The notes beneath the pieces were generated by a model. It was not told the origin of the DNA. It made no database searches and saw nothing but the letters and a program-made list of their open reading frames with translations. A DNA stretch of 64,000 nt, from contig CAJXBJ010000001.1 in the NCBI GenBank assembly GCA_913050195.1, positions 2,916-66,915 of the forward strand. Direction: 5' to 3'. The first letter of the stretch is position 1. The number at the start of each line of letters is the position of its first letter. The stretch comes from an uncultured Saprospirales bacterium. Lineage in GTDB: Bacteria; Bacteroidota; Bacteroidia; Chitinophagales; CAJXBJ01. Of this stretch, positions 10,920 through 21,527 are shown piece by piece. The position numbers were made by a program, and so were the translations under genes.

Positions 10920-12058
10920 TTTTCAAACACTTCCTTTAACTTTCTATCTAGACTTTCCCCTCTCAGGTCTCGAGCAATAATACGGCCTTTTTTATCCAAT
11001 AGATAGGTGGTTGGAATACCACGAATCTCATACTCTTTCGCAGCAGCACTTTGCCATCCCTTTAAATCACTAACATGGGTATCCCATACAAGACCATCTG
11101 CTTCAATAGCTTTAACCCATGAAGCTTTACGTTGATCCAATGAAACACTAAATATTGCAAATCCCTTCTTCTTATATTTCTCATAAAGTTTGACAATATG
11201 CGGATTAGCTGCCCTGCAAGGACGACACCATGACGCCCAAAAATCAATAAGAACATATTTGCCTTTTAAAGAAGATAGCTTAATGATTTTTTGATCTGGA
11301 CTATTTAACGCAATTTCTGGAGCCTCTGCGCCAACAAGAAGCTTGAGCTTGTGCTCAATAACATTCTCAAATTGCATAACATATTTTGAACCTTTAAATC
11401 GTTTTTTTAAGCTTTTAATAGCTTTTCTTAAATAAGTTGGAAATTGTTCAGCTGGTATACTTTCACCAGCAATAATAGCCGTTAAAGATTGAGAAGTGTC
11501 GACATATGATTTTAAAAAATCAAAATAAGATTCTGATAACATATTAACCCTATCCTTCATTCTCTGAGTTTTTTCGAAAAATGCATTTTTTTCTTCATTA
11601 CTCATTAAGGCTTGATTTCCTTGCTGTTTTACTGCAAAAAGCTTTTGCTTTGCCACTTGCATTTTTTGTAAATGAGTCCTTTGAGCCTTTAAAAAGCCAT
11701 AAAGAGTCTTTGTAGATGCAGAGCCTTTAACCTCTTGCTTATCTTTGCGAAATCTATTTAGATTTAATTCGACTGTATATTCCTTTTTCTCAAGAATCAC
11801 CCACCAAAAATGGGTCTTACTTAACCTTAGTCTAATAATAGCATCCTCGTCTACATTGCCTTCGATATAAAATTTACCATCGCTATCCAAACGAACCGTA
11901 TCTAATAAATGGAACTGCTGAGCAAACATGTTTTCTACATAAAGCAGTTGCTTTGATCCATTCTTTATTTGCCCTTTAATAACAAAAGGCTTGGCAGCAT
12001 TAGTAAATTTTGCCATTGAAAAAAGGACTAATAATATAAAAAGGCACTTTAAGTTCAT
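10916..12058 (-). CDS. TlpA-family thiol:disulfide oxidoreductase (AhpC/TSA-redoxin fold) with an N-terminal accessory domain
   Basis: The CxxC active site WASWCRPCR sits in a C-terminal thioredoxin fold. I prefer the ATG at 12058 (MNLKCLFILLVLFS signal peptide), which forms an ATGA overlap with the gatB stop. The ORF-track start at 12082 would run into gatB. Confidence 0.85.
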   Translation of the reverse strand: MNLKCLFILLVLFSMAKFTNAAKPFVIKGQIKNGSKQLLYVENMFAQQFHLLDTVRLDSDGKFYIEGNVDEDAIIRLRLSKTHFWWVILEKKEYTVELNLNRFRKDKQEVKGSASTKTLYGFLKAQRTHLQKMQVAKQKLFAVKQQGNQALMSNEEKNAFFEKTQRMKDRVNMLSESYFDFLKSYVDTSQSLTAIIAGESIPAEQFPTYLRKAIKSLKKRFKGSKYVMQFENVIEHKLKLLVGAEAPEIALNSPDQKIIKLSSLKGKYVLIDFWASWCRPCRAANPHIVKLYEKYKKKGFAIFSVSLDQRKASWVKAIEADGLVWDTHVSDLKGWQSAAAKEYEIRGIPTTYLLDKKGRIIARDLRGESLDRKLKEVFEK

Positions 12059-13506
12059 TCTTCTAACTTCATTCTTAACCATTGATTTGTTTTTTTTGGA
12101 TCTGCTTTGCCTTTAGAACGTTTCATTACCTCTCCCATAAAAAGTCCAAGAAGTCCTTTTTTACCATTTCGATAGGCTGCTACCTTGTCTGGATATTGTG
12201 CCAAAGCTTCATCTATGTATGTTCGAATATCATCCTCCTCAATATCCTGGAGTAAATTCATTTTATTTGCTAATTGTTCAGCATTGCTTTCCTGATCTTC
12301 GATTAAGGCTGGAAACAATTTTTGATTTGCTGTTGAATGGTTTATTTTTCCTTCTTGCACTAAACTAACCAACTCAGCTAATCGCCTTACCTTTAAAGGA
12401 AACTGTGACAATTCAATAGCATGCTCATTCAAATAAGCTTTTACTGGCCCCATAACCCAATTGGCAGCCAACTTATAATCACCACATATTCCAGCTAATT
12501 CTTCAAAATATTCTGCAATAGCCTTATCATCCGTCAATACTAAGGCATCGTATTTAGACAAACCAAATTCACTTGTGTATTTTTCAACCAATTGTCTTGG
12601 CAAGGCTGGCAATTTTTTACGCACCTCATCAATATATACTTCATCCAAGAGTAAGGGCGGGAGATCTGGCTCATTAAAATATCTATAATCATGTGCATCT
12701 TCCTTCAATCGCATTAAAAAAGTACTTCCTTTTACAGGATCAAACCCTCTTGTGCTTTGTTGTATTTCTTCACCATTTTCTAAGGCAATAATTTGACGTT
12801 TTACTTCATAATCTAACGCCCTCTTTACGTTGCGTATAGAGTTCATGTTTTTGACTTCAACCTTTTCACCAAACTCCTTAGCTCCCTTTAACATAACCGA
12901 TACATTAGCATCACAGCGCAAGCTACCCTCTTCCATATTACCATCGCAGACATCTAAATAACGTACTAATTTGCGAATCTCTGTTAAATATGCATAGGCT
13001 TCATCAGAGGATGACATTTCTGGCTCTGAAACAATCTCAACTAAAGGCACACCAGCCCTATTTAAATCTACTAGCGTAAAATAAGGATCTAAATCATGCG
13101 TACTTTTACCCGAATCCTCTTCCATATGAATACGTGTAATCCCTATATGCTTAACACCCTTATTTGTTTCTATTACTAGGCTACCTTCAAAACATATTGG
13201 AGTATCAAACTGAGTAATTTGATAACCCTTAGGCAAGTCTGGGTAAAAATAATTTTTACGAGAAAATTCGTTCCTCTTTCGAATTTGACAATTTAATGCA
13301 AGTCCAAGCCGAACAGCTAATTCTACTTGTTTTTTATTTAATACAGGCAATGTTCCAGGATGCCCCAATGAAATTGGATCAATTAATGTATTAGACGGCG
13401 CTCCATAATAAGCTCCATCTGAAGAAAATGCTTTTGATGCAGTCTTTAATTGCGCATGAACCTCCAAGCCTATAACCGTATCATATTTATCAAATGGTAT
13501 GTTCAT
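12055..13506 (-). CDS. gatB: Asp-tRNA(Asn)/Glu-tRNA(Gln) amidotransferase subunit B
   Basis: The N-terminus YDTVIGLEVHAQL, then NYFYPDLPKGYQITQ and a C-terminal GatB/YqeY domain, give a full-length GatB pattern. Confidence 0.96.
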   Translation of the reverse strand: MNIPFDKYDTVIGLEVHAQLKTASKAFSSDGAYYGAPSNTLIDPISLGHPGTLPVLNKKQVELAVRLGLALNCQIRKRNEFSRKNYFYPDLPKGYQITQFDTPICFEGSLVIETNKGVKHIGITRIHMEEDSGKSTHDLDPYFTLVDLNRAGVPLVEIVSEPEMSSSDEAYAYLTEIRKLVRYLDVCDGNMEEGSLRCDANVSVMLKGAKEFGEKVEVKNMNSIRNVKRALDYEVKRQIIALENGEEIQQSTRGFDPVKGSTFLMRLKEDAHDYRYFNEPDLPPLLLDEVYIDEVRKKLPALPRQLVEKYTSEFGLSKYDALVLTDDKAIAEYFEELAGICGDYKLAANWVMGPVKAYLNEHAIELSQFPLKVRRLAELVSLVQEGKINHSTANQKLFPALIEDQESNAEQLANKMNLLQDIEEDDIRTYIDEALAQYPDKVAAYRNGKKGLLGLFMGEVMKRSKGKADPKKTNQWLRMKLEE

Positions 13507-16133
13507 GATGCTAAAATCTTATTTTTGATATTCTCAATGGCCTCATCTAAACCATTAGGGTTCTTGCCTCCAGCAGTTGCATAAAAGGCTTGACCACCTC
13601 CTCCTCCTTGAATGGGGCTTGAACATTCTCGAATTATTTTCCCTGCATTTAAATTTTTCTCCTGAACAAGCTCATCAGATAAAGCGAGGGTTAAATTCAC
13701 CTTTGGCAATAACACATTACCAACAATCAAACATAACTTAGGATACTTTGCTTTAAGCTCAAAAGCCATATTTTTAATAAGATCATTATTATAACCGCTC
13801 ACATGTTCTATAGCCCATTGTACTCCTAAATCCTCTTTTATATTATTTTCAATTTTAGCTTTTAAAGCTTGAGCTTCTTTTAATTCAAATTCTTCTAGAC
13901 TTTCTTTAAGCTTGACATTTTCCTCTATTAGTTGACCAAGGGCTTGTTTAGGATTCTTTGCGTTGTTTAGCATACTTTTTAAATCATTCAAAAGCTGTGC
14001 CTGATCGTTTAGACTTTTCAAGGCTACTGAACTTGTAACAGCCTCTATTCGGCGAATCCCCGCCGCAACTGCAGATTCACTTTTAATTTTAAACAAGCCT
14101 ATTTCTGCAGTATTGTTAACATGTGTGCCTCCACAAAGCTCCACAGAATAATCATCACAAATCTGAATAACTCTAACCTCTTCTCCATATTTTTCTCCAA
14201 AAAGAGCTGTAGCCCCCATTGCTAAAGCCTTCTCTTTGGGGACTCTCCTATGCTCAGTAACGGAGTTTGCCTCCTGAATACGTTCATTAACAATATTCTC
14301 AATCTGAGCCAAATCACCCAATTCAACTTTTTGAAAATGAGTAAAATCAAATCTTAAATAGGCGTCATTTAAAAACGATCCTTTTTGCTGAACATGAGCC
14401 CCTAATACTTCAATTAATGCAGCCTGTAACAAATGAGTTGCAGAATGATTGCCCTTAATTAGATGTCTTCTTTGCCCTTCAACCATAGCTATTAATGGCT
14501 CATTAATTTCGCTCGGTAATTGGTTACAGTAATGTATAAATAAGTTTTGTTCCTTTTTACAATCAAATACTGTAATAACTTCATCTCCAAATCGCAATAC
14601 ACCTTTATCTCCTACCTGCCCCCCACTTTCAGCATAAAAAGGTGTTTGGTTTAATACAAGTTGAATTATTTCTTTACCACCTTTTTCTATACAACGGTAT
14701 TTTTGAACCTTAGCCTCACATTCTAGCATATCATAACCAACAAATTGATTTACATTTCCAGAGTGAACTTCTATCCAATCCGACGTCTTTTGTTCAGCTG
14801 CTGCTCGAGACCTTTCTTTTTGCTCTTTCATAAAAGCATGGAATCCTTTTTCATCAAGTTCCATACCTTTTTCATAAGCAATAAGTGCTGTTAGATCCAA
14901 AGGAAATCCATAAGTATCATACAAGTCGAAAGCTTGTTTGCCAGTTATTTCCTTAAGCTCAGCCTTTTTATTTTTAGACTCAATATCCTCTAAGAAATGC
15001 AAGCCTTTATTTAAAGTCCTCAAAAAGGATTTTTCTTCTTCTTCAATAACCTTTGCTATAAGCTGACTTTGATTGTCTATTTCTGGGAAAATCAGCTTAA
15101 ACTGTTTACATAACAATGGAGTTAATGTGTATATAACTGCCTCTTTAATATTTAAAAAACTGTAAGCATATCGAACAGCTCTTCTAAGAATACGTCTAAT
15201 TACGTAACCTGCCTTCACATTAGATGGAAGTTGTCCATCAGCTATAGAAAAAGCAATGGCACGAACATGATCTACAATAACTCTAAATGCTATATCTGTT
15301 TTTTCATCCAAACCATATTGCTTAGAAGATGCTTTTTCCAATGCTCCAATTAACCCTTGAAAAATATCTGAATCATAATTAGAGGTTTTTTGTTGTAAAA
15401 TCATTGCCAAACGCTCTAAACCCATTCCTGTATCTACATGCTTGTTTTTTAGTAGTTCCAAAGTACGGTCTGCTTTACGATTAAATTCCATAAAAACTAA
15501 ATTCCACACTTCAATAACTAAAGGGTTATCTTTATTCACCAATTCACTGCCATCTATTATGGCTCTCTCTTCATCACTTCGCAAATCCACATGAATTTCT
15601 GAACAAGGGCCACAAGGACCTATATCGCCCATCTCCCAAAAATTATCCTCTTTATTACACTTTAAAATCCGTTCTTCAGGGATAATTTTAGCCCATATAT
15701 CATAAGCCTCTTTATCAAAAGGCACTCCATCTTCTTCATCACCTTGAAATACAGTAGCATACAACCTAGACGCATCAACCTTATAAACATTTGTAAGCAA
15801 CTCCCAAGCCCAATTAATTGCTTCCTCCTTAAAATAATCTCCAAAAGACCAATTACCTAACATTTCAAACATTGTATGATGATAGGTATCTACTCCTACT
15901 TCCTCTAAGTCATTGTGCTTTCCTGAAACTCTCAAACACTTTTGCGTATTCGCAATGCGAACACTTTTTGGGACTTCATCGCCTAAAAAATAGGCCTTGA
16001 ACTGATTCATGCCCGCATTTGTAAACATCAAACTTGGGTCATTCTTGATAACAATAGGTGCTGATGCCTGTATATCATGTCCTTTTGATTTAAAAAAATC
16101 AAAAAAGCACTGACGTATTTCCTGACTAGTCAT
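13503..16133 (-). CDS. alaS: Alanine--tRNA ligase
   Basis: MTSQEIRQCFFDFFKSKGH is the canonical AlaS N-terminus. The class II core, the editing-domain HxxxH/CxxxH motifs (HSATHLL, CGGTHV) and a C-terminal DHHA1-like region are present. The ORF-track start at 16145 adds 4 residues (MRMC) and is also possible. Confidence 0.96.
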   Translation of the reverse strand: MTSQEIRQCFFDFFKSKGHDIQASAPIVIKNDPSLMFTNAGMNQFKAYFLGDEVPKSVRIANTQKCLRVSGKHNDLEEVGVDTYHHTMFEMLGNWSFGDYFKEEAINWAWELLTNVYKVDASRLYATVFQGDEEDGVPFDKEAYDIWAKIIPEERILKCNKEDNFWEMGDIGPCGPCSEIHVDLRSDEERAIIDGSELVNKDNPLVIEVWNLVFMEFNRKADRTLELLKNKHVDTGMGLERLAMILQQKTSNYDSDIFQGLIGALEKASSKQYGLDEKTDIAFRVIVDHVRAIAFSIADGQLPSNVKAGYVIRRILRRAVRYAYSFLNIKEAVIYTLTPLLCKQFKLIFPEIDNQSQLIAKVIEEEEKSFLRTLNKGLHFLEDIESKNKKAELKEITGKQAFDLYDTYGFPLDLTALIAYEKGMELDEKGFHAFMKEQKERSRAAAEQKTSDWIEVHSGNVNQFVGYDMLECEAKVQKYRCIEKGGKEIIQLVLNQTPFYAESGGQVGDKGVLRFGDEVITVFDCKKEQNLFIHYCNQLPSEINEPLIAMVEGQRRHLIKGNHSATHLLQAALIEVLGAHVQQKGSFLNDAYLRFDFTHFQKVELGDLAQIENIVNERIQEANSVTEHRRVPKEKALAMGATALFGEKYGEEVRVIQICDDYSVELCGGTHVNNTAEIGLFKIKSESAVAAGIRRIEAVTSSVALKSLNDQAQLLNDLKSMLNNAKNPKQALGQLIEENVKLKESLEEFELKEAQALKAKIENNIKEDLGVQWAIEHVSGYNNDLIKNMAFELKAKYPKLCLIVGNVLLPKVNLTLALSDELVQEKNLNAGKIIRECSSPIQGGGGGQAFYATAGGKNPNGLDEAIENIKNKILAS

Positions 16134-16220
16134 ACACATACGCATTGTTTTACTCTGAATTTTGTCTTATTTTTGTTCTGCAAAATTTGGGGGATAAATT
16201 TAACAATTAATTCTGAGTAA

Positions 16221-17195
16221 GTGGGGAAAATAATATACCATTATAACGAGAAAACGCTTAGTTATGAAAAACTAAAACCAAGCTTTAAAAGTCGAATATT
16301 TCGATTTTTTGGCTTTGTACTTGCTTCAATATTTACCGCTATTTTAATTATCATTATTGCATTTACCTACATTGACTCTCCAAAAGAAAAGCAGCTCAAA
16401 ACACAAATAAAGAGCCTAGAAGATCAATATCGATATTTAGAGAAAGAGCTTAATGTTGCACAATCAGTATTAAAAAATCTTCAAGATAGAGATGACAACA
16501 TTTATCGAGTCATCACTGAATCTGAACCAATTCCGCAAAGCATCCGTAGTGTTGGCATAGGTGGCCATGACCAATATGATGAATTTGAAAAGTTTGGCAA
16601 TCTTAGTGATTTAGTAATGCAGACAAGTAACCGTATAAAAAAACTGCAGAAGCAAGTGTACATACAAAGCAAATCCTATGATGACATTGCAAAACTTATT
16701 AAAAATAAGGAGAAATATTGGGCTTCTAGACCAGCTATTCAACCAGTATCAAATAAAGACTTAACTCGTTTAGCTTCTGGCTATGGATATCGGATTGACC
16801 CAATTTATAAAACAAGAAAGTTTCACCAAGGCATTGACTTTACGGCACCCACTGGGACCCCAATATATGCAACAGGAAATGGAGTTGTAGTCCGAACACA
16901 AAAGCTACGAACTGGTTATGGACAAAATGTAATTATTGATCATGGATATGGATATCGATCTTTATATGCGCACATGTCTAAAATACTCGTAAAACGAGGA
17001 CAAAAAGTAAAGAGAGGTGAAGTCATTGGCAAGGTAGGAAGCACTGGAAAATCTACGGCACCACATTTGCACTATGAGGTCATAAAAAATGGTCGCAAAC
17101 TTAATCCCATTGAATTCTTCTATTCAGATTTAAACCCTGAAGAATACGAAAAGATGATTATTTTTGCCTCCCAATCTAATCAATCATTTGATTAA
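16221..17195 (+). CDS. M23-family metallopeptidase (membrane-anchored)
   Basis: N-terminal TM helix, coiled-coil region, and C-terminal LytM/M23 motifs HQGIDF...GTPIYA and STGPHLHYEV-like (STAPHLHYEV). GTG start. Confidence 0.88.
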   Translation: MGKIIYHYNEKTLSYEKLKPSFKSRIFRFFGFVLASIFTAILIIIIAFTYIDSPKEKQLKTQIKSLEDQYRYLEKELNVAQSVLKNLQDRDDNIYRVITESEPIPQSIRSVGIGGHDQYDEFEKFGNLSDLVMQTSNRIKKLQKQVYIQSKSYDDIAKLIKNKEKYWASRPAIQPVSNKDLTRLASGYGYRIDPIYKTRKFHQGIDFTAPTGTPIYATGNGVVVRTQKLRTGYGQNVIIDHGYGYRSLYAHMSKILVKRGQKVKRGEVIGKVGSTGKSTAPHLHYEVIKNGRKLNPIEFFYSDLNPEEYEKMIIFASQSNQSFD

Positions 17196-17205
17196 AAAAA
17201 ACAAC

Positions 17206-18249
17206 ATGATAGCAAGAATACTAGTACTGAGCCTTATTTGTGTAGGGCTGTTCAATAATAGCTATACTCAAATTCGACTAAAAGCCGTTGGAGATATAAT
17301 GCTAGGGTCAGTAACACCAGATCCGATTATTCCATTGCATAATGGTCGGATTTTTGCCGATTCCATAGCTAGCTCACTAAAAGGGGCTGATATTACTATG
17401 GGAAATCTAGAAGGTGTTTTTATTAACTCTTCTTTTGAACCAAAAAAATGCAGTAAAGAATCTCGGGAAGCTGGACGGTGTTATGAGTTTGGAATGCCTC
17501 GAACAATTGCGCCAGTACTTAAGAAAATGAACTTCAATGTTATGGGAATGGACAACAACCATACTTGGGATTACGGTGCAGAAGGCTATGAATTAACCAA
17601 TAAAATCCTAAACGAGTATGGCATTGAAAGTGTAAATCATAAAAGCCATATAACATTAAACATTAAAAACAAGCAAGTTGCAATTGTAGCTTTTGGTTTT
17701 TCAGACCGATCTTATCATATTTCAGACATACCCACTGTAAAAAGGGTTATCTCTGAACTTGACAATGATCATCACATTGTTATTGTTACTTTTCATGGAG
17801 GTGCTGAGGGAAAAGACTTTAGAAGGCAGTACCACATGAAAGAAGAGTATTTTGGAGAAGACAGGGGAAACCTTATGGCTTTTTCACAAATTGCAGTAGA
17901 TGCTGGTGCTGATGTTGTAATTGGACATGGACCACATGTTTTAAGAGGCATTCAACTTTATAAAAACAAGCTAATCTGTTATTCTTTAGGGAACTTTATA
18001 ACCTATGGCAATATGAAAATATCTGGATATAATGGTTTAGGCGCTATAATGGATTTAGAGCTAGACGAAAACAATGGAAACTTCATTAAAGGGAAGATTA
18101 TTCCTACTAAGCAAAAACCACATGGAATTGCATTTAAAGATCGAACAAATCGCTCAATTCAAGTCATTCGAGAATTGACTGAACTAGACTTCCCTAATAC
18201 TCCACTAATCATCGAACGAGATGGCATTATTCGCAAAAAAAGCAGTTAA
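17206..18249 (+). CDS. CapA-family (PGA_cap) metallophosphatase-like protein
   Basis: The motifs VGDIMLG, GNLEGV, HGGAEG and GHGPHVL fit the CapA/poly-gamma-glutamate synthesis family. I prefer the ATG at 17206 (MIARILVLSLI signal) over the ORF-track TTG at 17164, which overlaps the M23 gene. Confidence 0.8.
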   Translation: MIARILVLSLICVGLFNNSYTQIRLKAVGDIMLGSVTPDPIIPLHNGRIFADSIASSLKGADITMGNLEGVFINSSFEPKKCSKESREAGRCYEFGMPRTIAPVLKKMNFNVMGMDNNHTWDYGAEGYELTNKILNEYGIESVNHKSHITLNIKNKQVAIVAFGFSDRSYHISDIPTVKRVISELDNDHHIVIVTFHGGAEGKDFRRQYHMKEEYFGEDRGNLMAFSQIAVDAGADVVIGHGPHVLRGIQLYKNKLICYSLGNFITYGNMKISGYNGLGAIMDLELDENNGNFIKGKIIPTKQKPHGIAFKDRTNRSIQVIRELTELDFPNTPLIIERDGIIRKKSS

Positions 18250-20607
18250 TTGGTTAAAAGGTTTTCTTTTAGTCTCGCAATACTAATACAGACCTGTCTT
18301 TTCACACAAAGTCTAGAAGGCTATGTCTTTAATGCCATAAATAAAGAAGCCTTGCCACATGCAAGTCTAAGTATTGAAAGCCTCAACCAACAAATCAATT
18401 CAGATATTAATGGCTATTTTAATTTCGATTCACTTCCAACTGGACTTTATAATTTAGAAATCAGATATACTGGCTTCAATACAAAAATATTGCACCAAAT
18501 AGAGATTAGCCGACACCGCGATGCTTATTTTGATATATATCTAGATGAAACTGCTTCTAACTTGAAAATGGTAGAAGTTTCTGCACCAGCTTTTAAAAAA
18601 ACAGCAGCTACCCCGCTCTCACTTATTAACTTACCAGCATCAGAAATTCAAAAATTTCCAGGTGCAGTTATGGATTTAACTAAAGTAATTAAAACCTATC
18701 CTGGCATTTCACCAAAAACTAGCTTTGGATACAACATTGTCTTCAGAGGAGGCGCATCAAATGAAAATAGCTTTTTCTTAGATGATATAGAGATACCCAT
18801 CATTAACCATTTTAGTGTTCAGGGTGCCAGCGGAGGTCCTGTAAGCCTAATCAATACTGATTTTATTGAAAGCATGGATATTTATACTGGTGCCTTCCCT
18901 TCGGAAAAAGGAAATACACTTAGTGGCATACTAGACATTAAACAAAGGGATGCACATAAAGAAAAACTAGGTGCAACCTTTACTTTAGGCTCAACAGATG
19001 TATGGCTAACCTTAGAAAGCCCAACAGGTGATAATGGCAATTTAATTGTTTCAGGAAGAAAATCCTTCTCTGAATATTTATTTAAGGGAATTGGCTTACC
19101 TGTATTGCCAAACTATACTGACTTTCAGTATCGCCACAAATATCGATGGGGAAAACACGAACTCCTTTTACTTGCTCTTGGGGCAATGGATAAATCCCGC
19201 CTAAATTGGACAGATGACCCTACTGAAAGTTTATTATACAACACTGGATTTATACCTGAAGGAGATCAGAATATATGGGTAACAGGGATGAGTTATAAGC
19301 ACTATCTAGACAGTGGGTACTACCAACTGGTATTAAGTCGCAATTATTTTGAAAATATAGCCAATAAGGCATCTATTTTCAATCAAAACACTTTATTGGA
19401 TTATAAATCTATAGAAGCTGAGACCAAGGGACGATTTGAACAACTTATATATCATCGATCTTTTCGAATCAAATATGGGTTAAGTGGGGAGCTTCACAAT
19501 TTCAACTTGAACAATTACAGTTTATTAGCCAATCGATTTGGAATTGACAGCATTGATATTGAAGGCAAAATTGCGTTTGAGTCTTATGGCCTATTTGCTT
19601 CCGTGGCTAAAGATTTTTTTAAAGAAAAGATTCAAGCTTCTTTGGGTGCGAGAATGGATGGAAGCAATTTAAACTTGCAAACTAAAAGACTATGGAGTCA
19701 ATTCTCTCCTAGATTGAGCTTAAGTTATAATATAAGCAAGCACCTTAGCTTAAATTCTTCATACGGAATCTATTATCAATTACCTCCATATACAGTAATA
19801 GGACACATACAGGATAATTCATTTGTCAATAAAGACAAACTAGGTTATATAGAGTGTGAGCAAAAGGCAATAGGGCTTGCATATTCTAACAAGAAAAATT
19901 ATAAAATTAGCCTAGAAGTTTTTGACAAAAAATATCGCAACTACCCGTTCCTTTTAGAGGACTCTATATCCTTAGCTAATTTAGCTGCTGATTATGTTTC
20001 CTTAGGTTATCAAGCTGCCAATTCAACTGGATTAGGAAGAGCACAGGGATTAGAAATAATGATTCAAAAAAAACTACACAAATCTTATTTCTGGATGGCT
20101 TCTTATAGTTATATAATTTCAGAGTTTCAAGATAAGTACGGAAACTGGACAGCTTCTTCATGGGATAATCGACAATTCGCAAATATTGTATTTGGAAAAA
20201 CTTTTAAACGAAACATGCAGCTTGGACTAAAATGGAGATATTCTGGTGGAACACCATACTCGCCCTATGATATTCATAACTCCTCAAAGATTGAGCAATG
20301 GCAGATTAGCAATAGAGGCATTTTCAACTATGATGCTTTAAACAGCCTCCGTTTGCCGTCATTTCACCAAATGGATATTAGAATTGACAAACATTACTAT
20401 TTTAAAAAGTATAACCTAAACTTATTTTTGGACATCCAAAACCTGTATAGATCACCAATAGCCTTTTTACCATATCTTACTGTGGAACGAGATGCGCAAA
20501 TGCTTCCAATTGAAGACCCTTCAAAGCCAGGACACTATTTGACCAAGGTCATTGATAGTGATAGTGGCCGTATGCTTCCAACCTTGGGCTTAATATTGAA
20601 ATTCTAG
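18250..20607 (+). CDS. TonB-dependent receptor with N-terminal carboxypeptidase-regulatory-like domain
   Basis: N-terminal GYVFNAINKEALPHASLSI...TGFN (CarboxypepD_reg-like), a plug region, a long beta-barrel and a terminal ...LGLILKF. TTG start directly after the capA-like stop. Confidence 0.85.
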   Translation: MVKRFSFSLAILIQTCLFTQSLEGYVFNAINKEALPHASLSIESLNQQINSDINGYFNFDSLPTGLYNLEIRYTGFNTKILHQIEISRHRDAYFDIYLDETASNLKMVEVSAPAFKKTAATPLSLINLPASEIQKFPGAVMDLTKVIKTYPGISPKTSFGYNIVFRGGASNENSFFLDDIEIPIINHFSVQGASGGPVSLINTDFIESMDIYTGAFPSEKGNTLSGILDIKQRDAHKEKLGATFTLGSTDVWLTLESPTGDNGNLIVSGRKSFSEYLFKGIGLPVLPNYTDFQYRHKYRWGKHELLLLALGAMDKSRLNWTDDPTESLLYNTGFIPEGDQNIWVTGMSYKHYLDSGYYQLVLSRNYFENIANKASIFNQNTLLDYKSIEAETKGRFEQLIYHRSFRIKYGLSGELHNFNLNNYSLLANRFGIDSIDIEGKIAFESYGLFASVAKDFFKEKIQASLGARMDGSNLNLQTKRLWSQFSPRLSLSYNISKHLSLNSSYGIYYQLPPYTVIGHIQDNSFVNKDKLGYIECEQKAIGLAYSNKKNYKISLEVFDKKYRNYPFLLEDSISLANLAADYVSLGYQAANSTGLGRAQGLEIMIQKKLHKSYFWMASYSYIISEFQDKYGNWTASSWDNRQFANIVFGKTFKRNMQLGLKWRYSGGTPYSPYDIHNSSKIEQWQISNRGIFNYDALNSLRLPSFHQMDIRIDKHYYFKKYNLNLFLDIQNLYRSPIAFLPYLTVERDAQMLPIEDPSKPGHYLTKVIDSDSGRMLPTLGLILKF

Positions 20608-20622
20608 AACTTAATTAATGGC

Positions 20623-21525
20623 TTATAATGGCATTACTTTTTCAGTAATTGCCATGCCTGATAAAATACCATAACCATTTTCAAAGTTTGAATAAACCTG
20701 AACTGGTTCTGCAAAAGGATTATTTGCCACATTTAAATGCGTTGCATAAGAAACTTTGTATAGATAAGCTGCTTCATTAAAGGATATACATTCAAAATAA
20801 ATATTGACTCCAGGCCTGTAATCATAATAATAAGTATTTGCCTTAACCTTAACTGTCTGTCCATTGAATATGGCATCTTTAAGAAGCAACAAATTCCAGC
20901 TTGAACTTTCTTCAAATATTGGATCATCAAATTCAAGACTCAAATATTGTTTATAAACTTCTAATTGTGTGCTATCAATATCTAGATAAAAAGTATCTAA
21001 TCGGTAAGCCCGTATTCCATAAAAGTTTTCAATATTAGGATTATCTTCAATAGTAAAAGTAAACTCCACATCCATATATCCGTAAGAGTATCCCCAATCA
21101 TCAGTTTGATAAAATGAATCAATTACTGTCGACTCTACATCCTTTAAATAAGCTTTTTCAGGCAAACGCCCTTCAGCATAAATAGAATCAAAGCCTGTAA
21201 CTCCATCAACACTTATTCTATAAAGCTTATCTGACTTGGGCTTAGATTGACCAAAATATAAGCCTTCACTTCCTGCTGACTGTAAAACCTCTAATAATTG
21301 GCCATCTTCATAGACTTTCACTTTTGCCGTATCAATCTTTTTAATCTCAGCATTATCTAAAACAGAAAGGCTCTTAGATAATTGCAACATCCAAACACTG
21401 TCTTCATTCATTTCACAGTTAGCCACTAATTTTGAGGGCACCATTGGAAAGTCAACAATGGACTCCACCTTTTCACAAGCAAGAAATAAATACATGGATA
21501 ATATTAAAGCAATATACTTTTTCAT
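20623..21525 (-). CDS. DUF4249-like lipoprotein (partner of the upstream TonB-dependent receptor)
   Basis: Lipoprotein signal MKKYIALILSMYLFLAC. Size (~300 aa) and position 2 nt downstream of a CarboxypepD_reg-type receptor match the usual DUF4249 pairing. The family name comes from recall and context only. Confidence 0.55.
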   Translation of the reverse strand: MKKYIALILSMYLFLACEKVESIVDFPMVPSKLVANCEMNEDSVWMLQLSKSLSVLDNAEIKKIDTAKVKVYEDGQLLEVLQSAGSEGLYFGQSKPKSDKLYRISVDGVTGFDSIYAEGRLPEKAYLKDVESTVIDSFYQTDDWGYSYGYMDVEFTFTIEDNPNIENFYGIRAYRLDTFYLDIDSTQLEVYKQYLSLEFDDPIFEESSSWNLLLLKDAIFNGQTVKVKANTYYYDYRPGVNIYFECISFNEAAYLYKVSYATHLNVANNPFAEPVQVYSNFENGYGILSGMAITEKVMPL

Positions 21526-21527
21526 AC

